Shown here: one piece after another, positions 38,384 to 48,444 of the stretch
How positions within the stretch are numbered: position 1 is the stretch's first letter
Layout: every line of letters begins with the position of its first letter
Origin: Flavobacteriaceae bacterium
GTDB taxonomy: Bacteria; Bacteroidota; Bacteroidia; Flavobacteriales; Flavobacteriaceae
NCBI GenBank assembly: GCA_018401115.1
Contig: JAGYKX010000007.1
Coordinates: 314,815 to 378,814, forward strand
DNA: 64,000 nt
Direction of reading: 5' to 3'
Translations under genes and position numbers: made by a program
Notes under the pieces: model-generated
Told to the model about the DNA's origin: nothing
Database searches by the model: none
Seen by the model: only the letters and a program-made list of their open reading frames with translations

Positions 38384-41300
38384 ATGAAAAAAATTTTAAT
38401 CCCTTTTTTGGCCTTTTTTATGCTGCTCATATCCGTGGAAGAAGCATCGGCACAAAGAAAAAAGAAGACTGCTGAAGCAAGCTCAGATAAGATCTCGTTA
38501 GACGCATTTAAATTCAGAAACGTGGGGCCTGCATTTTTATCTGGACGTATTTCAGATATTGCCATGCATCCTGAAAACGACAACCTTTGGTATGTAGCAA
38601 CCGCTTCTTCCGGGGTTTGGAAAACAGAAAATGCAGGAACTACCTGGCAATCTATTTTTGAAGGACAAGGCACCTTTGCTGCCGGCTGTGTGACCATAGA
38701 TCCCAATAACCCCAGTACCGTTTGGGTAGGGAGCGGAGAAAATGTAGGGGGGCGTCATATCGCTTTTGGAGACGGTGTGTACAGAAGTACAGACGGAGGA
38801 AAGTCATGGAAAAACATGGGGCTTCCAAACTCAGAGCACATCTCTAAAATTATAGTACATCCAGACAATGCTGAGGTAGTTTGGGTAGCTGCTCAGGGAC
38901 CTTTATGGAGTTCTGGTGGAGACCGCGGCGTTTACAAAACAACAGACGGTGGAAAAAACTGGAAGAAAGTACTTGGAGACAATATGTGGACGGGTGCCAC
39001 TGACCTTTTAATGGATCCAAGAAATGCAGATGTTTTATACGCTGCTACTTGGGACAGACACAGAACAGTAGCTGCCTATATGGGTGGAGGGCCTGGATCT
39101 GGTATTCACCGCTCCACAGACGGGGGAAAAACCTGGACCAAACTTACCTCTGGTATTCCGAATTCAAACCTCGGTAAAATAGGCTTAGCCATTTCCCCAC
39201 AAAAACCAGATGTAGTCTATGCAGCTATAGAATTAGACAGAACTACCGGAGGTGTTTTTAAATCTGACGACCGCGGAAGCTCTTGGAAAAAAATGTCCAA
39301 TACTGTTTCTGGTGGAACCGGACCCCACTACTACCAAGAATTATATGCTAGTCCGCACAAATTTGACCGTTTATACCTCATGAATGTAAGGGTACTGACT
39401 TCAGAAGATGGCGGAGCTAATTTTGTCACTTTAAAAGAATCTGACAAACACTCAGACAACCATGCTATTGTCTTTAAAAAAGACGATCCCAACTATATTA
39501 TGTTGGGAACAGATGCTGGAATCTATGAGAGTTTTGACCTGGCAGATACTTGGAAATATCACAAAAACTTACCGCTTACCCAATATTATAAAGTAGCCGT
39601 AAATAATGCCAAACCTTTTTATCACATCTTTGGAGGGACCCAAGACAACGGTTCTTCTGGAGGGCCTTCTGCTACAGATGAGCGAGAAGGTATTGCCAAC
39701 AAACACTGGTATAAAACCTTATTTGCAGACGGGCATCAGTCTGCTACAGACCCAGAAAATCCAAACATTATATACGCAGAAACACAACAAGGGGGCTTAC
39801 ACAGAGTAGACCTCTCTACTGGAGAGCCTTTAATGATTCAGCCACAAGCTAGGGCTGGTGAACCACACGAACGTTTTAATTGGGACGCCCCTATATTAGT
39901 AAGCCCACACAAAGCTTCTAGACTTTATTTTGCTTCTTACCGTGTTTGGAAGTCGGAAGACAGGGGGGATTCTTGGACCCCTATCTCTGGAGACCTTACT
40001 AGAAATGAAGCGCGCATTGAACTGCCTATTATGGGCAAACAACAGTCTTGGGACAATGCCTGGGATGTGAGGGCTATGTCTAATTACAACACCATTACCT
40101 CTTTGTCTGAATCTGAAGTGCAAGAAGGACTGCTTTGGGCAGGTACAGACGACGGTATTATTCAATACACTACAGATTCAGGAGCCAACTGGACTAAAAT
40201 TCCTGTGACTCGAATGGGATTGCCTTCTAGAGCGTTTGTAAATGATATTAAAGCAGACATATTTGACAAAAACACGGTATATGTGTCCTTAGACAACCAT
40301 AAAGAAGGAGACTACAAACCGTATTTATTGGTGTCTAATGACATGGGTAAAACATGGCGCTCTTTAGGCAAAGATCTCGGAAAACGAAACCTCGTTTGGA
40401 GAATGGTACAGGATTATATTAAAAAAGACCTGCTTTTTGCAGCCACTGAGAATGGTATTTTCACCTCCTTAAACGGGGGCCAAGATTGGCAAAAAATGAG
40501 TGGTACTCCTACCATCTCTTTTAGAGATATTACAATTCAAAGAGAGGAAAATGACTTGGTAGCGGCGTCTTTTGGCCGTGGTTTCTTTGTGTTAGACAAC
40601 TATGCCCCCTTGAGAGACTTCACTGCTGAAAACCTCAGCAAAAAAGCCACTTTATTTGCGCCAAGAACAGCCAAATGGTATGTACCAAGAAGCAATGTAG
40701 GAAACACAGGAGCAGATTATTACTTTGCAGAAAACCCAACTTTCGGGGCAGAATTCACGGTTCATATGAAAGATGAATACAAGAGTTTAAAAGCCAAAAG
40801 ACAGGATGAAGAGAAAAAATTAGGCGCCAATGACAATGTGCCTTTCCCAGGCTGGGATGCATTAGATGCTGAAGCTTCTGAATCGGCTGCCAAATTATTA
40901 CTTCACATCAAAGATGCTCAGGGTAATCTGATAAGAACCATCACGGCTAAGCCTAAAAAAGGTTCTCAAAGAATTGCCTGGGACCTAAGGCATGCCAATC
41001 CATATCCTATAAGAAGTGGAAGCAGTGGGTGGAGATCTGGTGGCCCAATGGCTACTCCTGGAACCTATATGGCACATCTTTCTATGGAAAAAGAAGGCGT
41101 TATTACACCATTAGACGGCCCAGTATCTTTTGAGGTAAAACCCATCAGAGAAGGAGTGTTAAAAGGGGTAGATTACGCCGCGTTTAACAGTTACTTTACA
41201 CGTGTAAAAGCTCTTTTAAATGAAAGTGCTGCCTATGAAGACGCCCTGTCTATGGCAGAAAAAAAACTAGCGATGTTTGAAACAGCCTTGTATAGAACTA

Positions 41301-41632
41301 CTACAGATCCTAAGACTATTTTGTCTCAAATCACCGACGCTAAAAAAGCGTTGGCTGGTTTACGTAAACAAATAGATGGCAGCCCTTCTAAAAATGTGAT
41401 AGGAGAGCGTAATCCCGCTTCGTGGCAAGATCATTTAGGTGTAGCTATGAGAGGCATGGGAACCACCTATGGCCCCACAGCGCTTCACATGCAGAGTCTA
41501 CAAATTGCTGCCGAATTATTGGAAAATATGAAGGCTGCTATTAAAGAGGTGGCTGAAGAAAAAGTCCCTGCTATAGAAGCAGCGCTTAAAAAAGCTGGAG
41601 CCCCTTATATGGCTGGACAAGGCATTGAGTAA
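38384..41632 (+). CDS. Secreted BNR/Asp-box repeat protein (sortilin/VPS10-like, glycoside-hydrolase-like beta-propellers)
   Basis: 1082 aa with a signal peptide and at least 8 SxDxGxTW-type Asp-boxes (STDGGKSWK, TTDGGKNWK, STDGGKTWT, SEDRGDSWT, SNDMGKTWR ...). Confidence 0.75.
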   Translation: MKKILIPFLAFFMLLISVEEASAQRKKKTAEASSDKISLDAFKFRNVGPAFLSGRISDIAMHPENDNLWYVATASSGVWKTENAGTTWQSIFEGQGTFAAGCVTIDPNNPSTVWVGSGENVGGRHIAFGDGVYRSTDGGKSWKNMGLPNSEHISKIIVHPDNAEVVWVAAQGPLWSSGGDRGVYKTTDGGKNWKKVLGDNMWTGATDLLMDPRNADVLYAATWDRHRTVAAYMGGGPGSGIHRSTDGGKTWTKLTSGIPNSNLGKIGLAISPQKPDVVYAAIELDRTTGGVFKSDDRGSSWKKMSNTVSGGTGPHYYQELYASPHKFDRLYLMNVRVLTSEDGGANFVTLKESDKHSDNHAIVFKKDDPNYIMLGTDAGIYESFDLADTWKYHKNLPLTQYYKVAVNNAKPFYHIFGGTQDNGSSGGPSATDEREGIANKHWYKTLFADGHQSATDPENPNIIYAETQQGGLHRVDLSTGEPLMIQPQARAGEPHERFNWDAPILVSPHKASRLYFASYRVWKSEDRGDSWTPISGDLTRNEARIELPIMGKQQSWDNAWDVRAMSNYNTITSLSESEVQEGLLWAGTDDGIIQYTTDSGANWTKIPVTRMGLPSRAFVNDIKADIFDKNTVYVSLDNHKEGDYKPYLLVSNDMGKTWRSLGKDLGKRNLVWRMVQDYIKKDLLFAATENGIFTSLNGGQDWQKMSGTPTISFRDITIQREENDLVAASFGRGFFVLDNYAPLRDFTAENLSKKATLFAPRTAKWYVPRSNVGNTGADYYFAENPTFGAEFTVHMKDEYKSLKAKRQDEEKKLGANDNVPFPGWDALDAEASESAAKLLLHIKDAQGNLIRTITAKPKKGSQRIAWDLRHANPYPIRSGSSGWRSGGPMATPGTYMAHLSMEKEGVITPLDGPVSFEVKPIREGVLKGVDYAAFNSYFTRVKALLNESAAYEDALSMAEKKLAMFETALYRTTTDPKTILSQITDAKKALAGLRKQIDGSPSKNVIGERNPASWQDHLGVAMRGMGTTYGPTALHMQSLQIAAELLENMKAAIKEVAEEKVPAIEAALKKAGAPYMAGQGIE

Positions 41633-41677
41633 CTGCCCGTGCTTTACCTCTTAAACCAAAGCGCCAATGATTCATTT

Positions 41678-41707
41678 AAAACCCCGCAATAGATGCGGGG
41701 TTTTTTT
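41678..41707 (+). terminator. Rho-independent terminator
   Basis: aaaaccccgca-atag-a-tgcggggttttttt. Confidence 0.75.
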
Positions 41708-41759
41708 GTAACAATTAACCCCCAAGTTCGTCATAATATAAACCATTAAAAATACCCCC

Positions 41760-42224
41760 ATGAAAAAAATAGCTTTATTATGTATGGTAGCGCTTTTAAG
41801 CTGCTCGTTTTTGAATGCGCAATCTAAAGTAAAAGACCGAGACGTACTGGGTGAATGGAGGCTGTATGTAGACCTTCAAAAAGAAATTCAAGACAAAGAC
41901 AGTGATCTTAACTTTTTAGAAAAAGCCTTAGTAGGTGCTGTATCTGGTATTGTGACCACCGCCATGAATCACGTAGACATTCGTTTTGATTTTAAGCGAA
42001 ATAACGAGGTCTTGTTAAAAATTCACAACAAGGATGAAGACACCACAGAAACAGAAACCCTTAAGTGGTTCATTAACAATCAAGGACAACTGGAAATAGA
42101 CGATATTGACAATGACCATGTGAATGTTCAGCACGACGGTGCCTGGATGCTTCTAGACAAGCAACTGGTAGCGGTAGAAGATGGCAAAGTAAAACAAGCG
42201 GTGTATTTGGAAAAAATGAGATAA
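41760..42224 (+). CDS. Secreted or lipoprotein hypothetical protein
   Basis: 154 aa with MKKIALLCMVALLSCSFLNAQ, a signal peptide with a Cys lipobox-like site. Confidence 0.6.
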   Translation: MKKIALLCMVALLSCSFLNAQSKVKDRDVLGEWRLYVDLQKEIQDKDSDLNFLEKALVGAVSGIVTTAMNHVDIRFDFKRNNEVLLKIHNKDEDTTETETLKWFINNQGQLEIDDIDNDHVNVQHDGAWMLLDKQLVAVEDGKVKQAVYLEKMR

Positions 42225-42249
42225 TCCTCTGTTTAAAGGACTGCATTTT

Positions 42250-42432
42250 CTATTGTCCTATAGGCTCCGCTGAAAATTCACTCACCTCATTATAGGAGAC
42301 TCCTATTTGAAACTGAATGGGATTACAACAGACTTCACAGTCTTCAATAAATTCCTGGAACCCTACAGAAGGGTCTATCATTTTAAGCTGGGACTCCCAA
42401 CAATGGGGGCAATCAAAATAGTGTTCTAACAT
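42250..42432 (-). CDS. CPXCG-motif cysteine-rich small protein
   Basis: 60 aa with DCPHCW ... CEVCCNP, two CxxC pairs. Confidence 0.7.
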   Translation of the reverse strand: MLEHYFDCPHCWESQLKMIDPSVGFQEFIEDCEVCCNPIQFQIGVSYNEVSEFSAEPIGQ

Positions 42433-42524
42433 AGCGTTTAAAAATAATAAAAGCTCCTCAATTGAGGGCTTTACTATAAATTTTATTTACAATTCAATTG
42501 TCTGAAAAATTAGTGATTATAACG

Positions 42525-43361
42525 CTAATACGTCCACTCAAGTTTCACTGGAAGATGGTCTGAGATCCATCGGCCATTGGCCCTTTTTTCATCCAAATGT
42601 GTATACTTTAAAGGTGTAAGCCCTCTAAAGAATATATAATCAATTCTGCGGTCTAAAGCCGCTCCTATCACAAATGCGTTAAAAGTCCCTTTTGGGCCCT
42701 CTAAAGCCAAAGCGTCAAGGGGGTCTTTAAAGTCCTTTTTAATAGTTACAATGGGGGCTTCTTCTGGTTGGGTGTTAAAGTCTCCTGTAATCACAACAGC
42801 GCTACCCTTCTTTGTCATTTGATTTATCTTATTAATTATAAGCTTGGCAGATTCATTCCTTGCTATTTTACCTATATGGTCAAAATGGGTGTTAAAATGC
42901 CAGTACTCCCTTCCGTTGTAGTGCGCTTTTAATTTGGCGTAAGTGCAAATTCTAGGCAAAGCGGCGTCCCATGCTTTTGACACTACTTCAGGGGTATCTG
43001 ACAACCAAAAGGTGTTACTTTCTAATACTTCGAACTTTTCTTTTAAGTAAAAAACAGCACTGTACTCGCCTTTACTTGCGCCGTCATCTCTGCCCACACC
43101 CACATAGGCGTATTCAGGCAAAGCCTCAAGAATGTATTGCATTTGAGCCGCTGTAGCTTCTTGAACACCAAAACTATCTGGCGAATGCTGCTGAATCTGA
43201 TCTACCAATTCACTTTTGCGCAAGTCCCAAAGATCTTCTCCGTCGCTCTGGCTATTGTAGCGAATGTTGTAAGAGAGCACTGTGAGATCCTGTGCCACAA
43301 CCGCAGCAGAGAACAGGCAAAGTAAAAAGCCTAATTTTATGTATTTAGTGGTAAAACGCAT
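42525..43361 (-). CDS. Secreted endonuclease/exonuclease/phosphatase (EEP) family protein
   Basis: Signal peptide, LSYNIRY, VQEA, GDFN and SDHLPV motifs. Confidence 0.85.
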   Translation of the reverse strand: MRFTTKYIKLGFLLCLFSAAVVAQDLTVLSYNIRYNSQSDGEDLWDLRKSELVDQIQQHSPDSFGVQEATAAQMQYILEALPEYAYVGVGRDDGASKGEYSAVFYLKEKFEVLESNTFWLSDTPEVVSKAWDAALPRICTYAKLKAHYNGREYWHFNTHFDHIGKIARNESAKLIINKINQMTKKGSAVVITGDFNTQPEEAPIVTIKKDFKDPLDALALEGPKGTFNAFVIGAALDRRIDYIFFRGLTPLKYTHLDEKRANGRWISDHLPVKLEWTY

Positions 43362-43474
43362 GATAGTATATTTTTAAAAAATTTATTGCATCGGATTTAC
43401 CCTAAGGGTTTTATGGCCTTTGGCCGATGCCAAAAGTAGACTTAATAAAATTATATGAAACGAAACAACATTAC

Positions 43475-43505
43475 AAAAAAAACCCTTGTGAAATTTTCAC
43501 AAGGG
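43475..43505 (-). terminator. Rho-independent terminator after the fasciclin gene
   Basis: Stem cccttgtgaaa / tttcacaaggg, with a T-run on the minus strand (plus-strand A-run 43475..43482). Confidence 0.75.
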
Positions 43506-43530
43506 CCTTATAAATTTAGGTTTGGGGAAA

Positions 43531-44043
43531 TTAGTTAGGCATGATTACTGTATTGATCACATGAATCACTCCATTAGAACCCATCACATCTGTAGCAATA
43601 ATTTCACTATAATTTTCTTTAGCATCCTGAATCCAAATTTTTCCATCTTTTTGCATCACGGTAATGCTTTGACCGTTAAGGGTTGGTAGTGTTACTTTTC
43701 CGTTACCTTTTTCAAGTGCGGCTACTACGTCTGCTGCAGCTAATTTTCCAGATACTACATGGTAAGTCAAAATACCAGACAAAGCAGCTTTGTTCTCAGC
43801 TTTTAACAATGAATTTAAAGTAGCACTGTCTAACTTACCAAAAGCGGCATTGGTAGGAGCAAAAACCGTAAAAGGTCCATCTCCCTGTAATGCAGAAACA
43901 AGATCTGCTGCTGTTAATGCAGTTACTAAGGTGGAGAAATCTTCATTCCCAACTGCAGCATCTACAATCGTTCCCTGTGCTTTCACCTGAAAGGAAAAAA
44001 TAGCACTAAATAATAATACGCTTAATACACTTAACTTTTTCAT
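43531..44043 (-). CDS. Fasciclin (FAS1) domain protein, secreted
   Basis: FTVFAPTNAAF and NGVIHVINTVIMP motifs, plus a signal peptide. Confidence 0.9.
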   Translation of the reverse strand: MKKLSVLSVLLFSAIFSFQVKAQGTIVDAAVGNEDFSTLVTALTAADLVSALQGDGPFTVFAPTNAAFGKLDSATLNSLLKAENKAALSGILTYHVVSGKLAAADVVAALEKGNGKVTLPTLNGQSITVMQKDGKIWIQDAKENYSEIIATDVMGSNGVIHVINTVIMPN

Positions 44044-44276
44044 AATTGATTTTTTAATTATTTCCTACAAAGGTATGCATTAAAGCGTTTGTTTAATTAA
44101 TATTACAAAACTTTAAACAAAATTTAACTTATTGATTTTAAGTTATTTAATTAGATGGGAGCTGAACCTTTTTCTATGAATAAATAGTCTGGGGGAAATA
44201 AAAAAAGCCCCTCTTTTAAGAGGAGCTTTTGATTCTCGGTTGTGGTCCCACCTGTCCTTTAACCACTTAACTATAT

Positions 44277-44291
44277 AATTGATAATCAATT
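44277..44291. repeat. Perfect 15-bp palindrome AATTGATAATCAATT at the composition boundary
   Basis: Read directly: 7-bp arms around a central A. Confidence 0.6.
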
Positions 44292-44316
44292 AATTAAAAA
44301 TAAATTACGGACTCAA

Positions 44317-44405
44317 TGAGTTCCAAAGTCTTTTTAAGTTGGAATGTTTTGAGGTTGTGAAAAATATGTGAGTTCCAAGTCACCTCTTGATTTGAGTTCC
44401 AAGTT
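44317..44405 (+). repeat. Three direct copies of TGAGTTCCAA(A)GT at 44317, 44369 and 44393
   Basis: Read directly. They lie at the island edge, 160 bp beyond the 3' end of the Xis-like gene. Confidence 0.7.
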
Positions 44406-44565
44406 AAGGTTTAAATAAACTTGGTTATGGTCCAAACAGAACCACCTATCTCAAACATACAACTCGGAGGGGATGTTGAGAAAATTTTATATCATAATTG
44501 AAATGAAAAAATATCCCCTCTTCGTTGTTTAGTATTCATTCCCACACGAAGAACACTATTTCATT

Positions 44566-44841
44566 TTAGAGTTCTTGAAATTGTTTTAATTCGATTTCCC
44601 GAACCATTTCTTTATTCTTGAGGTTATTTATCTCAATCACTTTTTTGTTCAGTAGAAACCCTACAACAGATACTGAATCAATCAATCTTTTATTCTTCCA
44701 TTTGATTCCTTTAATCTTTCCATCTTGAAGATACTGAAAAATGGTTCTTCTACTTACTCCGAGTTCTTGGGAACAATCATCTACTGATATCCATTTATAA
44801 GTTTCAAAACCTTCTAATTTTTGTTCAAATAGATTCTCCAT
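44566..44841 (-). CDS. Helix-turn-helix DNA-binding protein, excisionase/MerR-like (HTH_17)
   Basis: KWISVDDCSQELGVSRRTIFQYLQDGKIKGIKWKNKRLI fits the Xis-type HTH pattern. Its start shares a TAATG overlap with the upstream gene. Confidence 0.6.
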   Translation of the reverse strand: MENLFEQKLEGFETYKWISVDDCSQELGVSRRTIFQYLQDGKIKGIKWKNKRLIDSVSVVGFLLNKKVIEINNLKNKEMVREIELKQFQEL

Positions 44842-45362
44842 TATAGTAGTATTCCACTTATGTGTTTCACTTCATCTATAACATACTTTTGTTGAGGTGT
44901 AGTTAGTTTTACATAATCGTTCCAAAGGATACCACCATTCTTATCAATGGTTCCAACTAACATTAAATTCTTCCCCGTTGAATCATAGATTTTCATTCCG
45001 TTTGATTCCTTAACCACCCCAATAAGTTTTCGGTTAGAACCATTACCAATCCATCTGAACGGAACAACAGAGTTCATTTCTTTATTGATTGTATCTAATT
45101 TTTGATTTAATCCTAATGAGTAAGAAGGGAGATATTGTTTCCACTCACTATATCTTTCTAATAGTTGGGTAATATCACCATAATTCATTTCGGTTTCTTC
45201 CTTGAGAGTTTTAATCATCTTATCTCGTTCAGAGGAAATCCACCCCCTTTCACACATATGATTTAATACCAATACATCAGTGTATTTCATCAATCCCTTG
45301 ATTCCCGTTTCTTTTAGGGTTTGAACTAACCCATCAATTTCATAATCGTTTATTTCTTCCAT
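44841..45362 (-). CDS. Hypothetical protein
   Basis: 173-aa ORF, translationally coupled to the HTH gene and divergent from hsdM. Confidence 0.55.
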   Translation of the reverse strand: MEEINDYEIDGLVQTLKETGIKGLMKYTDVLVLNHMCERGWISSERDKMIKTLKEETEMNYGDITQLLERYSEWKQYLPSYSLGLNQKLDTINKEMNSVVPFRWIGNGSNRKLIGVVKESNGMKIYDSTGKNLMLVGTIDKNGGILWNDYVKLTTPQQKYVIDEVKHISGILL

Positions 45363-45484
45363 AATACTTTCACAGATAGTGTTGTTGTTTCACACTATTA
45401 CTTATAAGTATTACAAACTCAGAAAAGTGTTTTATCTCTATACTTAAAACATTAACTTTAGGTTTTTAATTTTGAAATTAAACT

Positions 45485-47192
45485 ATGAGTAACCATAACG
45501 AAATATCATCCTTCATCTGGAGTGTCAGTGATGATATTCTGAGAGATGTTTTTAAAAATTATGAATATGGTGATATAATTCTCCCATTCCTTGTTTTAAG
45601 AAGGTTGGATTGTGTTCTTGAACCAAAGAAAAAGAAGTAGTTGAGTTTTACGATACAATCAAGGGAGAATTTGAAGACCCTTCTGAGGTATTGATGGAAC
45701 AAACTAACATGAATTTTACAAATCACTCTAAATTTGATTTAGTAAAACTAATAGAAGACCCTAACAAACTAAAAACGAATATAGATGAGTATATAAGTGG
45801 TTACTCTTCAAATGTTCGTGAAATTCTTTCTTACCATAACCTAACCTCAATTATAAATAAACTTCATAAGAATAATCGGTTATTTAAACTTGTTGAGGTC
45901 TTTACACAAATAGATTTACATCCAAATGTGGTAAATAACCACACAATGGGAAGAATCTTTGAAGAAATTTTGAGAAGGTTCTCAGAGATGAGTAATGAAA
46001 CAAGTGGAGAACATTATACTCCAAGAGATATAGTTAGTTTGTTGGTGTCATTAGTGTTTTCACCTGATAAAGAAAAACTCCAAGATAAAGGGAAGATTAT
46101 TTCGGTTTTTGACCCTTGTTGTGGAACTGGTGGTATGTTAACTGTTGGTAAAGAATGGGTACATGAGAACATCAACGAAAATATTTCTGTAAACCTTTTT
46201 GGACAGGAATTAAACGAAACAACTTACTCAATTTGTAAGTCAGATTTTCTAATTACTGATGAAAATCCAAACAACATTAAGTTAGGTTCTTCTCTTTCTC
46301 AAGATGGATTCTCTGATACAGATAGGAAGTTTGATTACATGATTACTAACCCACCCTTTGGAGTGAGTTGGAAATCTGAAAAATCATTTATTGAAGATGA
46401 ATCTCATAGAGGGGACGATTCAATGTGGGTACACCAAGAGTATCAGATGGTTCATTACTCTTCTTACAACACCTTATTTCCAAAATGGAAACTCAAGGTT
46501 CAAGAATAGGAATTGTATTCAATGGTTCACCTCTCTTTACTGGTGATAGTGGTTCAGGTGAATCTGAAATCCGTAAATGGATAATAGAAAACGATTGGTT
46601 AGAAAGTGTAGTTTCATTACCAGACCAACTATTTTTTAATACAGGTATCTCAACATATATCTGGATAGTAACAAATAAAAAGGAACCTCAACGAAAAGGG
46701 AAAGTTCAACTAATAGATGGTTCTTCATTCTATAAATCAATGAAGAAATCATTGGGTAGTAAACGAAAGTTTATTGATGATTCTCAACGAGAACAACTTA
46801 TTCAAACTTATCAGAACTTTGAAGAAAATGAACACTCAAAGATTTTTGATAATGAATACTTTGGGTATACTAAAATTACCATTGAACAACCAAAAGTTGA
46901 GAATGGTAAGGTAGTAAGAGACAAGAAAGGAAATCCAAAATCAGATTCCAAACTCAGAGATTTTGAAAGAGTTCCTTTATCAGAAGATATTGAAGAGTAT
47001 TTCTCTCGTGAAGTTGAACCACATCTTCCTAACTCATGGATTGATTTTGATAAGAGTAAGGTGGGTTATGAAATCAACTTTACAAAGTATTTCTTCAAGT
47101 ACAAACCTCTTCGTTCATCAGTTGATATCTCCAATGATTTATTAGAATTAAAAAGAGAATCTGAAAACTTACTTAACCTAATAATGGATTAA
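45485..47192 (+). pseudogene. hsdM: Type I restriction-modification methyltransferase subunit, in three frames
   Basis: Pieces 45485..45640 (HsdM_N: FIWSVSDDILRD...ILPFLVLRRLD), 45691..46509 (EHYTPRDIV, DPCCGTGGM, NPPFG) and 46425..47192 (SDGSLLFLQHL). Junctions fit 1-nt deficits in an A-run (near 45630) and a G-run (near 46410). Confidence 0.85.
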
Positions 47193-48442
47193 TGAAGAGA
47201 TATGATTCATATAAAGATTCAGGGTAGAATGGATTGGGGAGATTCCAAGTCATTGGAAGAAAACAAAACATAAATTCAATCTTTCAATTTTAAGTGGTTA
47301 TCCATTTAAGTCTGAGTTATTTGATAAATCAGAGGTTTTCCTTTAATCCGAATACGAGATATTTCATCAGGAAAAATAGAGACTTATTATCAGGGTGAAG
47401 TATTAGATAAATTTGTAGTTAATGAAGGAGACCTACTAATTGGAATGGATGGGGACTTCAATACCCGTTGGTGGAATTCTGAACAAGGACTATTAAATCA
47501 GAGATGTTGTTCCATAATTGAGGTTCAGATGTTCTAAGAAGATATCTACATTATGTTCTCCCGATAGAACTTAATATAATAAACGACCTAACATATTATA
47601 CAACGGTAAAACATCTTTCAGTTGATGACATAAACAATACTGATACGATACTTCCACCCCTCTCAGAACAACAACAAATCGTAACCTTCTTAGATACCAA
47701 AACCTCACTCATTGATTCTTTAATTGAGAAAACCCAACGAAAGATTGAACTACTCAAAGAGAAAAGAACCTCTCTTATCAATGAAGTAGTTACCAAAGGA
47801 TTGAATCCCAATGTGGAGATGAAGGATAGTGGTGTGGAATGGATTGGGGAGATTCCGAGTGATTGGGACACTCCATTTTTTAGTCTTATCTCTAATCTTC
47901 AACAGGGTTTACAAATTCCTTTTGACAATAGATTCTTTGAAAAAGAAGAAGGAATGTTTGAATATATAACTACAAAATCTGTCCACAATACAAATGACCC
48001 AAGACAATATGTATTGAACCCAAAAAAATCAGTTATATGTGGTAAAGATGAAATTTTATATGGTAGAACAGGAAATACAGGTGAGGTAATAACTAATGTT
48101 GAAGGGGTGTTTCATAACAACTTCTTCAAAATAAACTATGATAAAAATAAACTTGTTAAAGAATATCTGATATATCAATTAACTAATTCAAGATTTAGAG
48201 AGACCATATTACTTCTTTCAGGAACTACAACAATTCCAGATTTGAATCACGGAGACTTTAATTCTATGAGGTGTTTAATTCCACCACTCTCTGAACAACA
48301 ACAAATCGTTGAATATTTGGATGAACAAACTCAACTGATTGATAAAACAGTATCTATTGAAGAAAAGAGAATAGAACTACTTAAAGAATATCGTCAATCC
48401 CTTATCTCTGAAGTAGTAACTGGTAAACGAAAAGTAGTTTAA
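47192..48442 (+). pseudogene. hsdS: Type I R-M specificity subunit. The TRD1 half is broken by at least 3 frame breaks; the TRD2 half (47801..48442) is intact.
   Basis: ATG overlaps the hsdM stop (TAATG). The conserved EWIGEIPS.W block occurs twice (near 47230 and 47836), and the conserved LPPLSEQQQIV..L coiled-coil spacers occur twice. Confidence 0.8.
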
Positions 48443-48444
48443 TT

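Noticed and set aside
38320-38758. Minus-strand ORFs 38320..38706 and 38552..38758
   Set aside because: They are antisense to the 5' end of the BNR/sortilin-like gene, whose signal peptide and Asp-boxes strongly support the plus strand.
43388-43430. GGCCGATG-containing motif (also at 14480..14487 and 38298..38305) and the GCATCGG...CCGATGC inverted repeat here
   Set aside because: Only an 8-mer is shared, in differing orientation relative to the adjacent genes. It is too short to distinguish from chance without genome-wide counts.
44236-44276. tRNA-like fragment at the island junction (minus strand AGTTAAGTGGTTAAAGGACAGGTGGGACCACAACC)
   Set aside because: It recalls a D-arm (AGTGGTTAAAG), but I could not fold acceptor, anticodon or T arms. 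It may be a chance match or a highly degraded remnant.
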